NCBI GenBank assembly: GCA_963667035.1
Contig: OY762964.1
Span: 2,848,001-2,912,000 of the forward strand
Reading direction: 5' to 3'
DNA from: Candidatus Cloacimonadales bacterium
GTDB lineage: Bacteria > Cloacimonadota > Cloacimonadia > Cloacimonadales > JAFGVF01
Length of the DNA stretch: 64,000 nt
Below the pieces are notes generated by a model. The model worked only from the letters and a program-made list of their open reading frames with translations, was not told the DNA's origin and made no database searches. The first letter of the stretch is position 1. Each line of letters opens with the position of its first letter. The position numbers and the translations under genes are program-made. Positions 32,236 to 41,173 of the stretch are shown here, in pieces.

Positions 32236-32610
32236 GGCTCAAACCGGTTGTTAATCGTGGGGATAGAGGGGGAGCAGATAGTTCATAAAGATATTCCCCA
32301 CAATAAAGAATTGAGCTAAACTGTCAAATTTCTGTTCCTTACTCATTATTAGCTCCCCGTTAGAAACTCGTTATGGGAATCGGGAATTGGATTTGGTTTT
32401 AATGAGGAGATAATCTAAACTCAACTTGTTATAAGATACCGAAAAGGAAGAACATAGCTCTAAGGGCTATATGCAAGTGGGGTACTCGCACTACAGCTTG
32501 TAATTTATAATTTAGGTATTATTTTTACTGAATAGTGCATCGTCACAAAATGTTTAATTGACTAAAAGAATAATTACTCGATGTATGGTAGTATATAATA
32601 AGTGTTTGGT

Positions 32611-32734
32611 ACACTGGGTACGCCAGCATCTTGCTGGCACATACCGGGTACGCGAACATCCCTGTTCGCTATCTTCCCTATAAGATGCCGGTGGGAACTA
32701 GCGTGTGCGAGCTAGAAGCTCGCGTACCCAGTGT
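32611..32734. repeat. REP/REPIN-like palindromic element, 124 bp
   Basis: Perfect 13-bp terminal inverted repeat ACACTGGGTACGC...GCGTACCCAGTGT; three GGGTACGC-hairpin units; GC-rich in an AT-rich context. Confidence 0.8.
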
Positions 32735-32735
32735 G

Positions 32736-32882
32736 AATTATGAAGAGATATTAGATGCAATTAGGGATGAATCACTCCAGAAGCTTGGATATTTCCTCAA
32801 ACCTGAAAAGCTGTTCTCAGTAATAGCTGCTAAAGGTAACTCTGATAAAGCGGATGAAGATAACTATATCTTCCTGTATTGA
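32736..32882 (+). pseudogene. Short remnant resembling the N-terminal region of type I R-M HsdM
   Basis: EEILDAIRDESLQKLGYFLKPEKLFSVIAAKGN..DNYI resembles the HsdM LGYFLKPSELF segment; no native start, early stop. Confidence 0.6.
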
Positions 32883-32967
32883 GTAGACTAAACTCTTAAC
32901 TTATTTGTTTATTGACATACTGCCCAGATGTTTAATATTACCTTGAGTGAAGTTTTTAAGGAGTAAA

Positions 32968-34107
32968 ATGATTTACTTAGATAATGCGGCAACCTCATTT
33001 CCTAAAGCTCCCGGAGTTAAAGAAGCCATATTGGATTCTCTTAACCAAGCTTGTGGCAATGCCAACAGATCTTCTCATATAGCTGCTCAGAGAACTGCAA
33101 TGATTTTGTACGAATGCAGAGAATCCATTGCAAAACTATTGGGTATTCAATCAGAGGAAAGAATTGCTTTCACAATGAATGGTACAATGTCACTAAATAT
33201 GGCAATTCTAGGAAGTGTACAAAAAGGTATGAGAGTATTAACTTCCACAATTGAACATAACTCCGTTATGAGACCATTAAGACAACTAGAGACTCAAGGT
33301 GTTATAGAGCTAAATCAATTTATCTTAGACAAATCACTTCAACCTGAATGGAATTCTTTTGATAAAGCCTTATCCATGAAACCTGATATTTTAGTTGTTA
33401 CTGCCGGCTCAAACGTGATTGGCAATATAATGCCTTTGAAAGAAATTACCGATAAAGCTAAAAAGGTAGGATGCAAAGTTATTGTGGATGGAGCTCAGGC
33501 TATTGGACACATACCGCTAGACTTTAGTGAGATTAAAGCTGACATTGTATGTTTCCCCGGACACAAAGGATTGTTAGGTCCATCAGGGACAGGAGTAATT
33601 TATGTGTCCCCCGATACTAATATTAGACCGGTTTTATCGGGAGGTACGGGAAGTTTATCAGAAGACGAAATGCAACCCGACTTTTATCCCGATATGCTCG
33701 AAAGCGGAACTCATAATATATTAGGAATCTCCGGTCTTAATGCTTCTGTTAAATATATTCTCAAAGAAGGAATTGATAATATTGAGAATAAGAAGAGAAA
33801 ACTGATTAATCTATTATATAATGGATTGACTGATATAAGTGGCATTAATATTGTATCATCAAAACCGGATAGGAATTTGGGAATTGTTTCCATTCTCCCT
33901 GAAAAAGGGTCTATATCGGACTTAACGGCTTATCTGGATAGAAATAATATTGCTGTAAGAATGGGTTTACACTGTGCTCCTTCCGCTCATAAATTACTTG
34001 GTACCTTTGATGAGGGCGGCACGGTAAGATTGAGTCCCGGAGTATTTACTATAGAATCCGAGATTATCAGAACAATAGAAACTATAGAAAAATATACAAG
34101 AGGTTAA
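32968..34107 (+). CDS. Cysteine desulfurase/selenocysteine lyase-family protein (class V aminotransferase, SelD-associated)
   Basis: YLDNAATSFPK, EHNSV, DGAQ, GHKGLLGP, ESGT, RMGLHCAP; SD AAGGAG. Confidence 0.9.
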   Translation: MIYLDNAATSFPKAPGVKEAILDSLNQACGNANRSSHIAAQRTAMILYECRESIAKLLGIQSEERIAFTMNGTMSLNMAILGSVQKGMRVLTSTIEHNSVMRPLRQLETQGVIELNQFILDKSLQPEWNSFDKALSMKPDILVVTAGSNVIGNIMPLKEITDKAKKVGCKVIVDGAQAIGHIPLDFSEIKADIVCFPGHKGLLGPSGTGVIYVSPDTNIRPVLSGGTGSLSEDEMQPDFYPDMLESGTHNILGISGLNASVKYILKEGIDNIENKKRKLINLLYNGLTDISGINIVSSKPDRNLGIVSILPEKGSISDLTAYLDRNNIAVRMGLHCAPSAHKLLGTFDEGGTVRLSPGVFTIESEIIRTIETIEKYTRG

Positions 34108-34108
34108 T

Positions 34109-35143
34109 TTGGATAAGATACATTTAACCAGACATACAACGGCTGCAGGCTGAGGAGCTAAGCTGGGACCGGGGGTCCTAAGCAAAGCTCTTTGCGGTTT
34201 GAAACAACCTGAATACAAAAATATGCTTGTTGATTATAAGCATTCTGACGACGCAGGAGTCTATAAAATAAGTGATGATATAGCTTTGGTTCAGACTGTT
34301 GATTTCTTTCCACCGATTGTTGATGATCCATACACATTCGGTCAGATAGCTGCAGCAAATGCACTTTCTGATATCTATGCAATGGGTGGTACTCCAATAA
34401 CAGCTCTGAGCATAGTAGCTTTTCCTGATAAAACTCTGGATATAGAAGTGCTTAGACAGATAAATGCCGGAGGATTATCAAAATTGGTGGAAGCCGGTGT
34501 GGCATTAGTTGGCGGTCATAGTATCTCCGATGAAGAACTAAAGTATGGTCTATCAGTAACCGGAACAGTACATCCTGACAAGATTAAACTCAACAACTCG
34601 TTGGAGGCAGGCGATGTTTTAATCCTAACAAAACCATTAGGAAACGGCATAATCAACACTGCAATGAAAGTTGATATGGTTTCGCAGGAAACCGTTAAAC
34701 TCTCGGAACACTACATGTGTCAGCTAAACAAAGTTGCCTCTGAAGTAGCTTCTGAATTTGAAATTCATGCTTGTACGGATATAACCGGATTCGGACTTGC
34801 AGGACATCTTTGTGAGATGCTGGATGAAAGTAATCTTGGTGTAGAGATTGATTTTAAATCTCTTCAGCTTCTTCCTGAAACACTGGAAATGGCTGAAATG
34901 GTTATGGTACCCGGTGGAACATATAGAAACAAGACTTACAGAAAAGAAATGATTGTAGATTTTGATTCAATTAAACCCGAGTATCTGGATATAGTCTTTG
35001 ATCCCCAAACTTCCGGAGGTTTGATATTCTCACTTGAAGCAAACAATGCCGAGTTATTATTAAAAGCCCTGAAAGCTAATGAAATTGATGCTTTCTATGT
35101 AGGTAAATGTGTAGATAACTTTAGAGGAATAAAGATTATTTGA
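34109..35143 (+). CDS. selD: Selenophosphate synthetase SelD, selenocysteine-containing (in-frame UGA at codon 15)
   Basis: TTG 34109 after GAGG; reads MDKIHLTRHTTAAG-U-GAKLGP with TGA at 34151-34153; DDAGVY, QTVDFFPPIVDDP, DIYAMGG, TDITGFGL, DPQTSGGL. Confidence 0.95.
34161..34183 (+). promoter_or_regulatory. Bacterial SECIS-like hairpin
   Basis: GGGACC-GGG-GGTCCT stem-loop with a G-rich loop, starting 11 nt after the UGA. Confidence 0.75.
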
Positions 35144-35397
35144 TGGATATTGTTATAACCTTTAAATCAACCCATGAAGCAATGAAAGCAAAGAAACATG
35201 TCATAGTCCAACCATTAGAAGGTGAGATTATACCAACACCAAGAGAGATAAGTAAAGAATGTGGCTTTGCAATATTAGTAAAAAACTCTTCTGCCGATAA
35301 GGTAATGAAGTTTTTTGAAGACAACAGGCTTATCTATAGTCATATATATGAAGTAATAAATGAAGGAGGTAAGAAACGTTATGAAGAAAACAATTGA
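35143..35397 (+). CDS. DUF3343 family protein (selenium-metabolism associated)
   Basis: ITFKSTHEAMKA, IIPTPREISKECG; TGATG overlap with selD. Confidence 0.85.
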   Translation: MDIVITFKSTHEAMKAKKHVIVQPLEGEIIPTPREISKECGFAILVKNSSADKVMKFFEDNRLIYSHIYEVINEGGKKRYEENN

Positions 35398-35986
35398 TAC
35401 ATCGGGACTTGAATGCCCTAAACCTGTATTGAAAACTAAGGAAGCTTTATCCGATGGAATCGAAGAGCTGATTGTGATTGTTGATAATCCCGCAGCAAAA
35501 GAGAATGTGAGTCGATTTGTTGAGAAACAAGGTTATAGCATTCAAGATGTAAAATCTATTGGAAGTAAATTTGAGATTCACGTTAAAGGTCATGGGGATT
35601 CAAATGCCGAAGCTTTTAATGAAGATGATTACCAGTGTGCTATACCAATATCAAACGGTAAAGCTGTATTTATAAATAGTAACTGTGTAGGACGTGGTGA
35701 TGATGAGCTCGGTAAAAATCTTATGAAAGCCTTTATCTTCTCATTAAACGAAGTGGATAATATACCTGAGTCGATTCTCTTTATGAATTCAGGAGTCAAA
35801 CTATGTGTTGAAGGAGCCGAGACCTTAGAGAATCTCCAAAACCTTGAAAGCAAGGGAATTGAAATACTGGTATGTGGAACATGTTTGAACTTCTTTGGTA
35901 TAGCAGAGAAACTGAAAGTCGGGAAAGTTTCCAATATGTATGACATTGCCTCAGTTCTGACATCAAAGGCCACTCTTACCATATAA
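35381..35986 (+). CDS. yedF: Selenium metabolism protein YedF (TusA/SirA + DsrE-like)
   Basis: IDTSGLECPKPVLKTK, VDNPAAKENVSRF, GDDELG..LM..F, NSGV, CGTCL, VSNMYDI. Confidence 0.9.
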   Translation: MKKTIDTSGLECPKPVLKTKEALSDGIEELIVIVDNPAAKENVSRFVEKQGYSIQDVKSIGSKFEIHVKGHGDSNAEAFNEDDYQCAIPISNGKAVFINSNCVGRGDDELGKNLMKAFIFSLNEVDNIPESILFMNSGVKLCVEGAETLENLQNLESKGIEILVCGTCLNFFGIAEKLKVGKVSNMYDIASVLTSKATLTI

Positions 35987-36693
35987 TGAGATTCAGATTC
36001 AATGAAGCGGCAATTATAATAGTTGCTTTCATATTTATAATACCATTGCTGTTAGGAAAATCAAGCATAGTTTTTATCGCTATGCTTATCATTTCGCAGT
36101 TGTTTCTTTTACTTCACGGAAAACCTAACTCCGGTCTTTTTTTGAAGCTTTTCCTGTTGCTGATGATTCCAACAATATCAGTGTTTATCACAGCTATAGT
36201 AAATACTGCAGATAAAGAGCAATCAGAAGTAGTCTACAGGATTGCTAATTATCCTATCTACAAGTTAGCTTTTGATAATGCTATTCACCTGACATTAAGA
36301 AGTTTCTGCATGTCAATCATCTCACTAACATATGTAACATCAATTAAGTACAACAAGCTTGTGCTTTCTTTAATGCAAAACTTCAAAATGCACACAAATA
36401 TAGGATACTCTTTACTTGCTGCTTTCAACGCTTTTTACCACCTGAAATCAGAATTTTATAGAATTAAGCTTATAAATAAATTCCGTTCCGGTAAAAACGT
36501 AAACTCAATTAAGATGCTGTTTCCACTCTTAGTGAGTGCAGGAAGATATTCTTCTCAAGCAGGACTAAGTCTAGCTTCCAGAGGATTAAATAAAGATAAA
36601 ACCTTTCTAATTGAAGTAAAATGGAGAATTACAGACACTTTATTGATAAGCATTGCAATATTATCTACAATTGCAATACTGTTATTGTTTTAA
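35986..36693 (+). CDS. ECF transporter T-component-like membrane protein (CbiQ/EcfT)
   Basis: Multiple TMs; SLMQNFK..IGYS; PLLVSA; C-terminal LASRG motif. Confidence 0.7.
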   Translation: MRFRFNEAAIIIVAFIFIIPLLLGKSSIVFIAMLIISQLFLLLHGKPNSGLFLKLFLLLMIPTISVFITAIVNTADKEQSEVVYRIANYPIYKLAFDNAIHLTLRSFCMSIISLTYVTSIKYNKLVLSLMQNFKMHTNIGYSLLAAFNAFYHLKSEFYRIKLINKFRSGKNVNSIKMLFPLLVSAGRYSSQAGLSLASRGLNKDKTFLIEVKWRITDTLLISIAILSTIAILLLF

Positions 36694-36703
36694 GAGGTGA
36701 ATA

Positions 36704-37258
36704 ATGAAAATTTTAGCTATAAACGGAAGCCCAAGAAAAGACGGAAACACCGCATCCATACTCAAATCAATACTAAATGTAGCTTCAGACAATGGGAATG
36801 AAGTAGAAATAGTTAACATATATGATTTGGATTTAAAAGGTTGTCTTGGATGCAACAAGTGTAAAAATGAAAAGAAAAGATTCTGCGTTATAGATGATGG
36901 ATTACAATCTGTATATCCTAAGATAGTCGAATCAGATGTATTAGTTTTCGGATCACCGATATATATTGGACACGTAACCGGGCCAATGAAGATATTCATT
37001 GATAGATTATATACCTTTGGGAAAGTAGATTACACAATGACACATCTGCCGGGTAAAAAGTTCGTTACGGTTCTGACGTCTGGAGCACCAAAAGACACTT
37101 ATAAAGCAGTTGAAGAGTATCTGCAGTCCTGGTTTATAAAGTTTTTCAAAATGGAAGATGCAGGATCAATTATTGCCGGTTCGATGATAAATCAAAGTGA
37201 TGCAAAGAATAATAAAGAGCTTCTTTTAAAGGCAAAGGAGATTGCTGAAAAATTATAG
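36704..37258 (+). CDS. Iron-sulfur flavoprotein / flavodoxin-like (FMN_red)
   Basis: INGSPRKDGNT, CLGCNKC....CVIDD, GSPIY, KIFIDR. Confidence 0.9.
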   Translation: MKILAINGSPRKDGNTASILKSILNVASDNGNEVEIVNIYDLDLKGCLGCNKCKNEKKRFCVIDDGLQSVYPKIVESDVLVFGSPIYIGHVTGPMKIFIDRLYTFGKVDYTMTHLPGKKFVTVLTSGAPKDTYKAVEEYLQSWFIKFFKMEDAGSIIAGSMINQSDAKNNKELLLKAKEIAEKL

Positions 37259-37296
37259 AATTGTAACTGATTGTAGTTGTTAAAGTTATTATTTTT

Positions 37297-38764
37297 CAAG
37301 CATCCCCCCGAAATTTAGAATAATGGTCATAATAAGTGACTGAAAAAGTGGTAATTTAAGTATAAAAATAGTCAAGAAAAAGCTTGAAAAGAGTGAGTCC
37401 CTATTTATTGTTGTTACGCTTAAAATAAAACAAAAGGAACTCACTATATGGAACTATCAATAATAAAAAAGCATAATCTGCAAGCTAAATTTTCAAAATT
37501 CATCAACAAAGTCACACATAGCTGTACTATCAAAGAGAAGAAATTTGTAAAAGAGCTTGTCAGTGGCATTTTGAAATCCGGTAGTTGTATAATCAGAAGG
37601 ATTGCAATGAGCCATGAAGTGAATATCTCATTAGAAAAGCTCTGCGAACGATATCGTCGTCATTTATCAAAACCTGAGTTGTACAAAAATCTATCAAATA
37701 TTCATCTGATTTGTGAAAGCAAGAAGATAGCATCTTATGACCTGATAGTCATTGATCCCAGCGACATAATGAAAAGCCATTCAAAGAAGATGGAAGGATT
37801 AACCAGAGTTAGAGACGGCAGTACAGGCGAGTGGTGTAACGGTTATGAAGTATTAGATATAATCAGAGTATCAAAAGAAGGTCATTCGCTTGAGATACGT
37901 CCTCTTGTGTCTGAATTGCATACTAACGACGAAGATCCGGGCATACTGAAACAGTCTGTGTTTGATCGGATCAATGATATTCAGGTGTATTCAGGAAATA
38001 AAGGGATATATGTAATGGATAGAGGTTATGATGATAAGGTAGTAATCAACTATTTAACAGAGAATGAGGCTTCATATATCATTCGCGTCAAAGGTAATCG
38101 TAACCTTTATGTAAATGGTAAGGAAATATCATTTAAGAAAGCTACTAAACATGTGAAATTGAAGTATAGAATCCAATCCGGTAATGCAACTCTTATCGCC
38201 GGAGTAATCAGAGTTGGAGTGCCAGTTGATGCTCATCACAAGAAAAAGGCAACACTTGTTTATTCTAACCTTGTCGTTGCCCGTTATATTAAGAAAGACG
38301 AATCAGGAAAAGATTGCCTCAAAGGTTTTTTCTATTTGAACTGTGATTTTCCAAATCGAGACCTTAGTGATTTGGAGTTGATAACAACTGCAATAAGAGG
38401 GTATCGTCTCCGCTGGAAAGTAGAAGAAGTACACCGTCATGTGAAGCAGGAGTATTCGTGGGAAGATATGCAGGTTATGACATTGGACAGGTTAAGAAAT
38501 CTGAACTGCATGTTATTATTGGCAGTCAGTTATCTTTATTCTTTGGATAAGTATCGATACGACTTTGCGGAAATGTATCAACACATTATGCTTAGTAAAA
38601 AGAGTAATCTAAAGGAATTATGTAAGTTTATCTACTACAGACTATCGGTTGTTGTTAAAAATCTATTCAGAGATTGGAAGCATTACTTTGTTCCAAAGTA
38701 TCAAGGTTGTCATGCAGAATGGGAGCAGATGACATGCTTATGATAAAAAACGGGGGGATGCCAG
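37297..38764 (+). mobile_element. Complete insertion sequence, IS4 superfamily, 1468 bp
   Basis: TIRs CAAGCATCCCCCCGAAATTTA and (rc) CTGGCATCCCCCCGTTTTTTA; 10-bp direct repeat TATTATTTTT at 37287-37296 and 38765-38774. Confidence 0.92.
37448..38743 (+). CDS. DDE transposase (IS4-type YREK motif)
   Basis: VIDPSD, VMDRGYD, YRLRWKVEEVHRHVK; intact 431 aa. Confidence 0.92.
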   Translation: MELSIIKKHNLQAKFSKFINKVTHSCTIKEKKFVKELVSGILKSGSCIIRRIAMSHEVNISLEKLCERYRRHLSKPELYKNLSNIHLICESKKIASYDLIVIDPSDIMKSHSKKMEGLTRVRDGSTGEWCNGYEVLDIIRVSKEGHSLEIRPLVSELHTNDEDPGILKQSVFDRINDIQVYSGNKGIYVMDRGYDDKVVINYLTENEASYIIRVKGNRNLYVNGKEISFKKATKHVKLKYRIQSGNATLIAGVIRVGVPVDAHHKKKATLVYSNLVVARYIKKDESGKDCLKGFFYLNCDFPNRDLSDLELITTAIRGYRLRWKVEEVHRHVKQEYSWEDMQVMTLDRLRNLNCMLLLAVSYLYSLDKYRYDFAEMYQHIMLSKKSNLKELCKFIYYRLSVVVKNLFRDWKHYFVPKYQGCHAEWEQMTCL

Positions 38765-38847
38765 TATTATTTTTTACTTGACACCCGTCCTTGATAACGG
38801 AATTTGTACAATCTCTATAAAACATGATTATTTTAAGGAGTATATAA

Positions 38848-38982
38848 ATGAAGAGAACATATCAACCACACAACAGAAAAAGAAAAAACAAACACGGTTT
38901 CCGTGAAAGAATGAGTACAGCTGCCGGTCGCAAAGTCTTAAGTAGAAGACGTGCTAAAGGTAGAAAAAGTCTTACTGTATAA
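38848..38982 (+). CDS. rpmH: 50S ribosomal protein L34 (not in the ORF track)
   Basis: [52 protein letters not shown]. Confidence 0.98.
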   Translation: MKRTYQPHNRKRKNKHGFRERMSTAAGRKVLSRRRAKGRKSLTV

Positions 38983-38990
38983 TTTTATTA

Positions 38991-39320
38991 ATGCATTTTT
39001 TAAAGAAGAGGAGCGAATATCTTCTATTCCATAATTGTGATAAGACTATTCGTTCCCAATTCTTTATTTTAGCAATTTTAGAAAATCGAGAGCAAGCTGA
39101 TTTTTCACTCGGTATAACCGTAAGTAAAAAAGTAGGAAATGCAGTCACAAGGAACCTGGTTAAAAGAAGAGTAAAAGCTTGGTTGCGTGAGACAAAGAAA
39201 ACCTTTCCGGTAAATACAGCAGTAAACATTATAGCTCTCAACAAAGTCAGTAGTGCTTGTTGGAATAATCTATATGATGATTTGGAAAAGCTTTTTAAAC
39301 GTTTAAGTCCAGGTGTATGA
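38991..39320 (+). CDS. rnpA: Ribonuclease P protein component
   Basis: LGITVSKKVGNAVTRNLVKRR; synteny. Confidence 0.93.
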   Translation: MHFLKKRSEYLLFHNCDKTIRSQFFILAILENREQADFSLGITVSKKVGNAVTRNLVKRRVKAWLRETKKTFPVNTAVNIIALNKVSSACWNNLYDDLEKLFKRLSPGV

Positions 39321-39539
39321 ATGAGAATCATTAATAACCTGTTCATCTTTTTTATAATTATATATAAACGTTTTTTCTCCCCTATATTACCACCTTCATG
39401 CAGATTTACACCAACATGTAGCACCTATTCCTTACAAGCTTTCAGGAAATACAACTTTTTTAAAGCGTTATACTTATCAATAAGACGCATTCTTAAATGT
39501 CACCCATTTCATCCGGGCGGTTTTGACCCGTTACCCTAA
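39321..39539 (+). CDS. yidD: Membrane protein insertion efficiency factor YidD
   Basis: [10 protein letters not shown]...[15 protein letters not shown]. Confidence 0.95.
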   Translation: MRIINNLFIFFIIIYKRFFSPILPPSCRFTPTCSTYSLQAFRKYNFFKALYLSIRRILKCHPFHPGGFDPLP

Positions 39540-39559
39540 TTTTATGCAGGAGTATTATT

Positions 39560-41167
39560 TTGGAAAAACGAACTTTATTAGCCATTCTTATAATGGTAGT
39601 ACTATATTATGTAAGCACTCAATTCATTTGGAAGAATAAAGCACAGCCGATAACTCAGAATTCGGCTATAGAAACCGAGGTAATCACGGAGAAAGCAGAA
39701 ACTCCGGTCGTGCCTACCAACACTGAAGAGATTACAATACAAACAGACCAAGGAATTGAGATTTCCAATGATATTTTTATTGAAAATAATAAAATGAAAG
39801 TCTATTTCTCCAACCAAGGAGCAACAATACAGAAAGTATATCTAAATGATTTCCATTTAAGTGACGATACTCCGGTGCAATTGATACCGGAAAATTCAGA
39901 GCTATCCGGAATCACATTGATCACCGATAAAGGTGTTACTTCTTTATCTGACCTAGTGTTTAAGCATAGCATTGCAGATAGAAGTAATTCAGTGACCTTC
40001 TATTTGGAGAATGAGAATACACGTATCTTTGAAAAAACCTATACAATTATGGATAACTACTCTATAGGCATGTCTATCAATATGAATAGTATGGCCTCTG
40101 TTCAAGGTTATGATATTGATATGGGAAGTGGAATAAAAGATACAGAGAATTATGTAAAAAACAAGCGCATGGACTACAAATTCATAGCTCAGATTAACAA
40201 TGCTATGGAATCTCTAACCTTAAGCAGAATCAAAGCTATCAAGGAATATTCCGGTAAAACTGATTGGGCAGTAACGAGATCTAAGTATTTCTTGTATGGA
40301 ATCATTCCCGATAAGGCAATCCAGTCAAATCAGGTTACTGCTTTTAAAGAGAATGAAAGTCCCGCCTTTGTTTTAAAGATCCGAAATGTTGATTACAGTA
40401 GAAGTTTAGCAGATGATTACAGACTCTATTTTGGACCCTCAGATATTGATGAATTGAAAAAGTTTAATGTTGGTATTGATGCAGTTGTTGAAAGGGGTTA
40501 CAAGTGGTTAAAGCCACTGGCAGGTGTATTTGCTACATTCTTGAAATGGTTGCATAAATATATACCAAACTATGGTATAGTGTTAATCATATTAGCTATT
40601 CTACTTAAAGTTGTACTCTATCCTCTAACTCATAAGAGTTTTGAATCAGGACAGAAAATGCAGAAAGTTCAACCACTAATCAAAGACGTTCAAGCTCGTT
40701 ATAAAAATGACCCTAAGAGATTACAGGAAGAGCTCCAAAAGGTCTATAAAGAGAATGGCGTGTCTCCATTCGGTGGTTGTCTACCCTTAATTTTACAAAT
40801 GCCAATTTTCATCGCCCTTTATAATGTACTTCGCTATTCCCTTGATATGCGTCAGGCCGGCTTCGTAGGTTATATAACCGATCTTTCCGAACCTGACAAA
40901 TTCTACATCCTGCCAATAATAATGGCAGTAATGATGTTCCTTCAACAGAAAATGATGACCCCTCAGCCAATACAGAACGAAAAAGGTGAGGTGGACGAAA
41001 AGCAGGCAGCTATGATGCAGTCTCAGAAAATGATGTTATACGTTATGCCTATCATGATGTTTGTTGTTTTCCGTAACATGCCTGCAGGTCTAGTATTATA
41101 TTGGACCACTATGAACATTCTTTCAATTGTTCAGCAATTCTACATTAAAAAACGATTACAGGGATAG
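39560..41167 (+). CDS. yidC: Membrane protein insertase YidC
   Basis: NYGIVLI..KVVLYPL, GGCLPLILQMPIF, DLSEPD, PAGLVLYW. Confidence 0.95.
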   Translation: MEKRTLLAILIMVVLYYVSTQFIWKNKAQPITQNSAIETEVITEKAETPVVPTNTEEITIQTDQGIEISNDIFIENNKMKVYFSNQGATIQKVYLNDFHLSDDTPVQLIPENSELSGITLITDKGVTSLSDLVFKHSIADRSNSVTFYLENENTRIFEKTYTIMDNYSIGMSINMNSMASVQGYDIDMGSGIKDTENYVKNKRMDYKFIAQINNAMESLTLSRIKAIKEYSGKTDWAVTRSKYFLYGIIPDKAIQSNQVTAFKENESPAFVLKIRNVDYSRSLADDYRLYFGPSDIDELKKFNVGIDAVVERGYKWLKPLAGVFATFLKWLHKYIPNYGIVLIILAILLKVVLYPLTHKSFESGQKMQKVQPLIKDVQARYKNDPKRLQEELQKVYKENGVSPFGGCLPLILQMPIFIALYNVLRYSLDMRQAGFVGYITDLSEPDKFYILPIIMAVMMFLQQKMMTPQPIQNEKGEVDEKQAAMMQSQKMMLYVMPIMMFVVFRNMPAGLVLYWTTMNILSIVQQFYIKKRLQG

Positions 41168-41173
41168 CACTAT

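Noticed and set aside
32631..32882. 83-aa ORF as a genuine gene
   Set aside because: The N-terminal part is translated REP palindrome; only the tail looks like a gene remnant.
34199..35143. SelD starting at 34199
   Set aside because: It would lack the catalytic Sec/Cys-x-x-Lys motif; the upstream UGA-containing frame fits better.
37259..38847. oriC next to rpmH
   Set aside because: No DnaA-box cluster or dnaA. The isolated TTATCCACA-type 9-mers I saw (about 13227 and 29889) lie inside genes.
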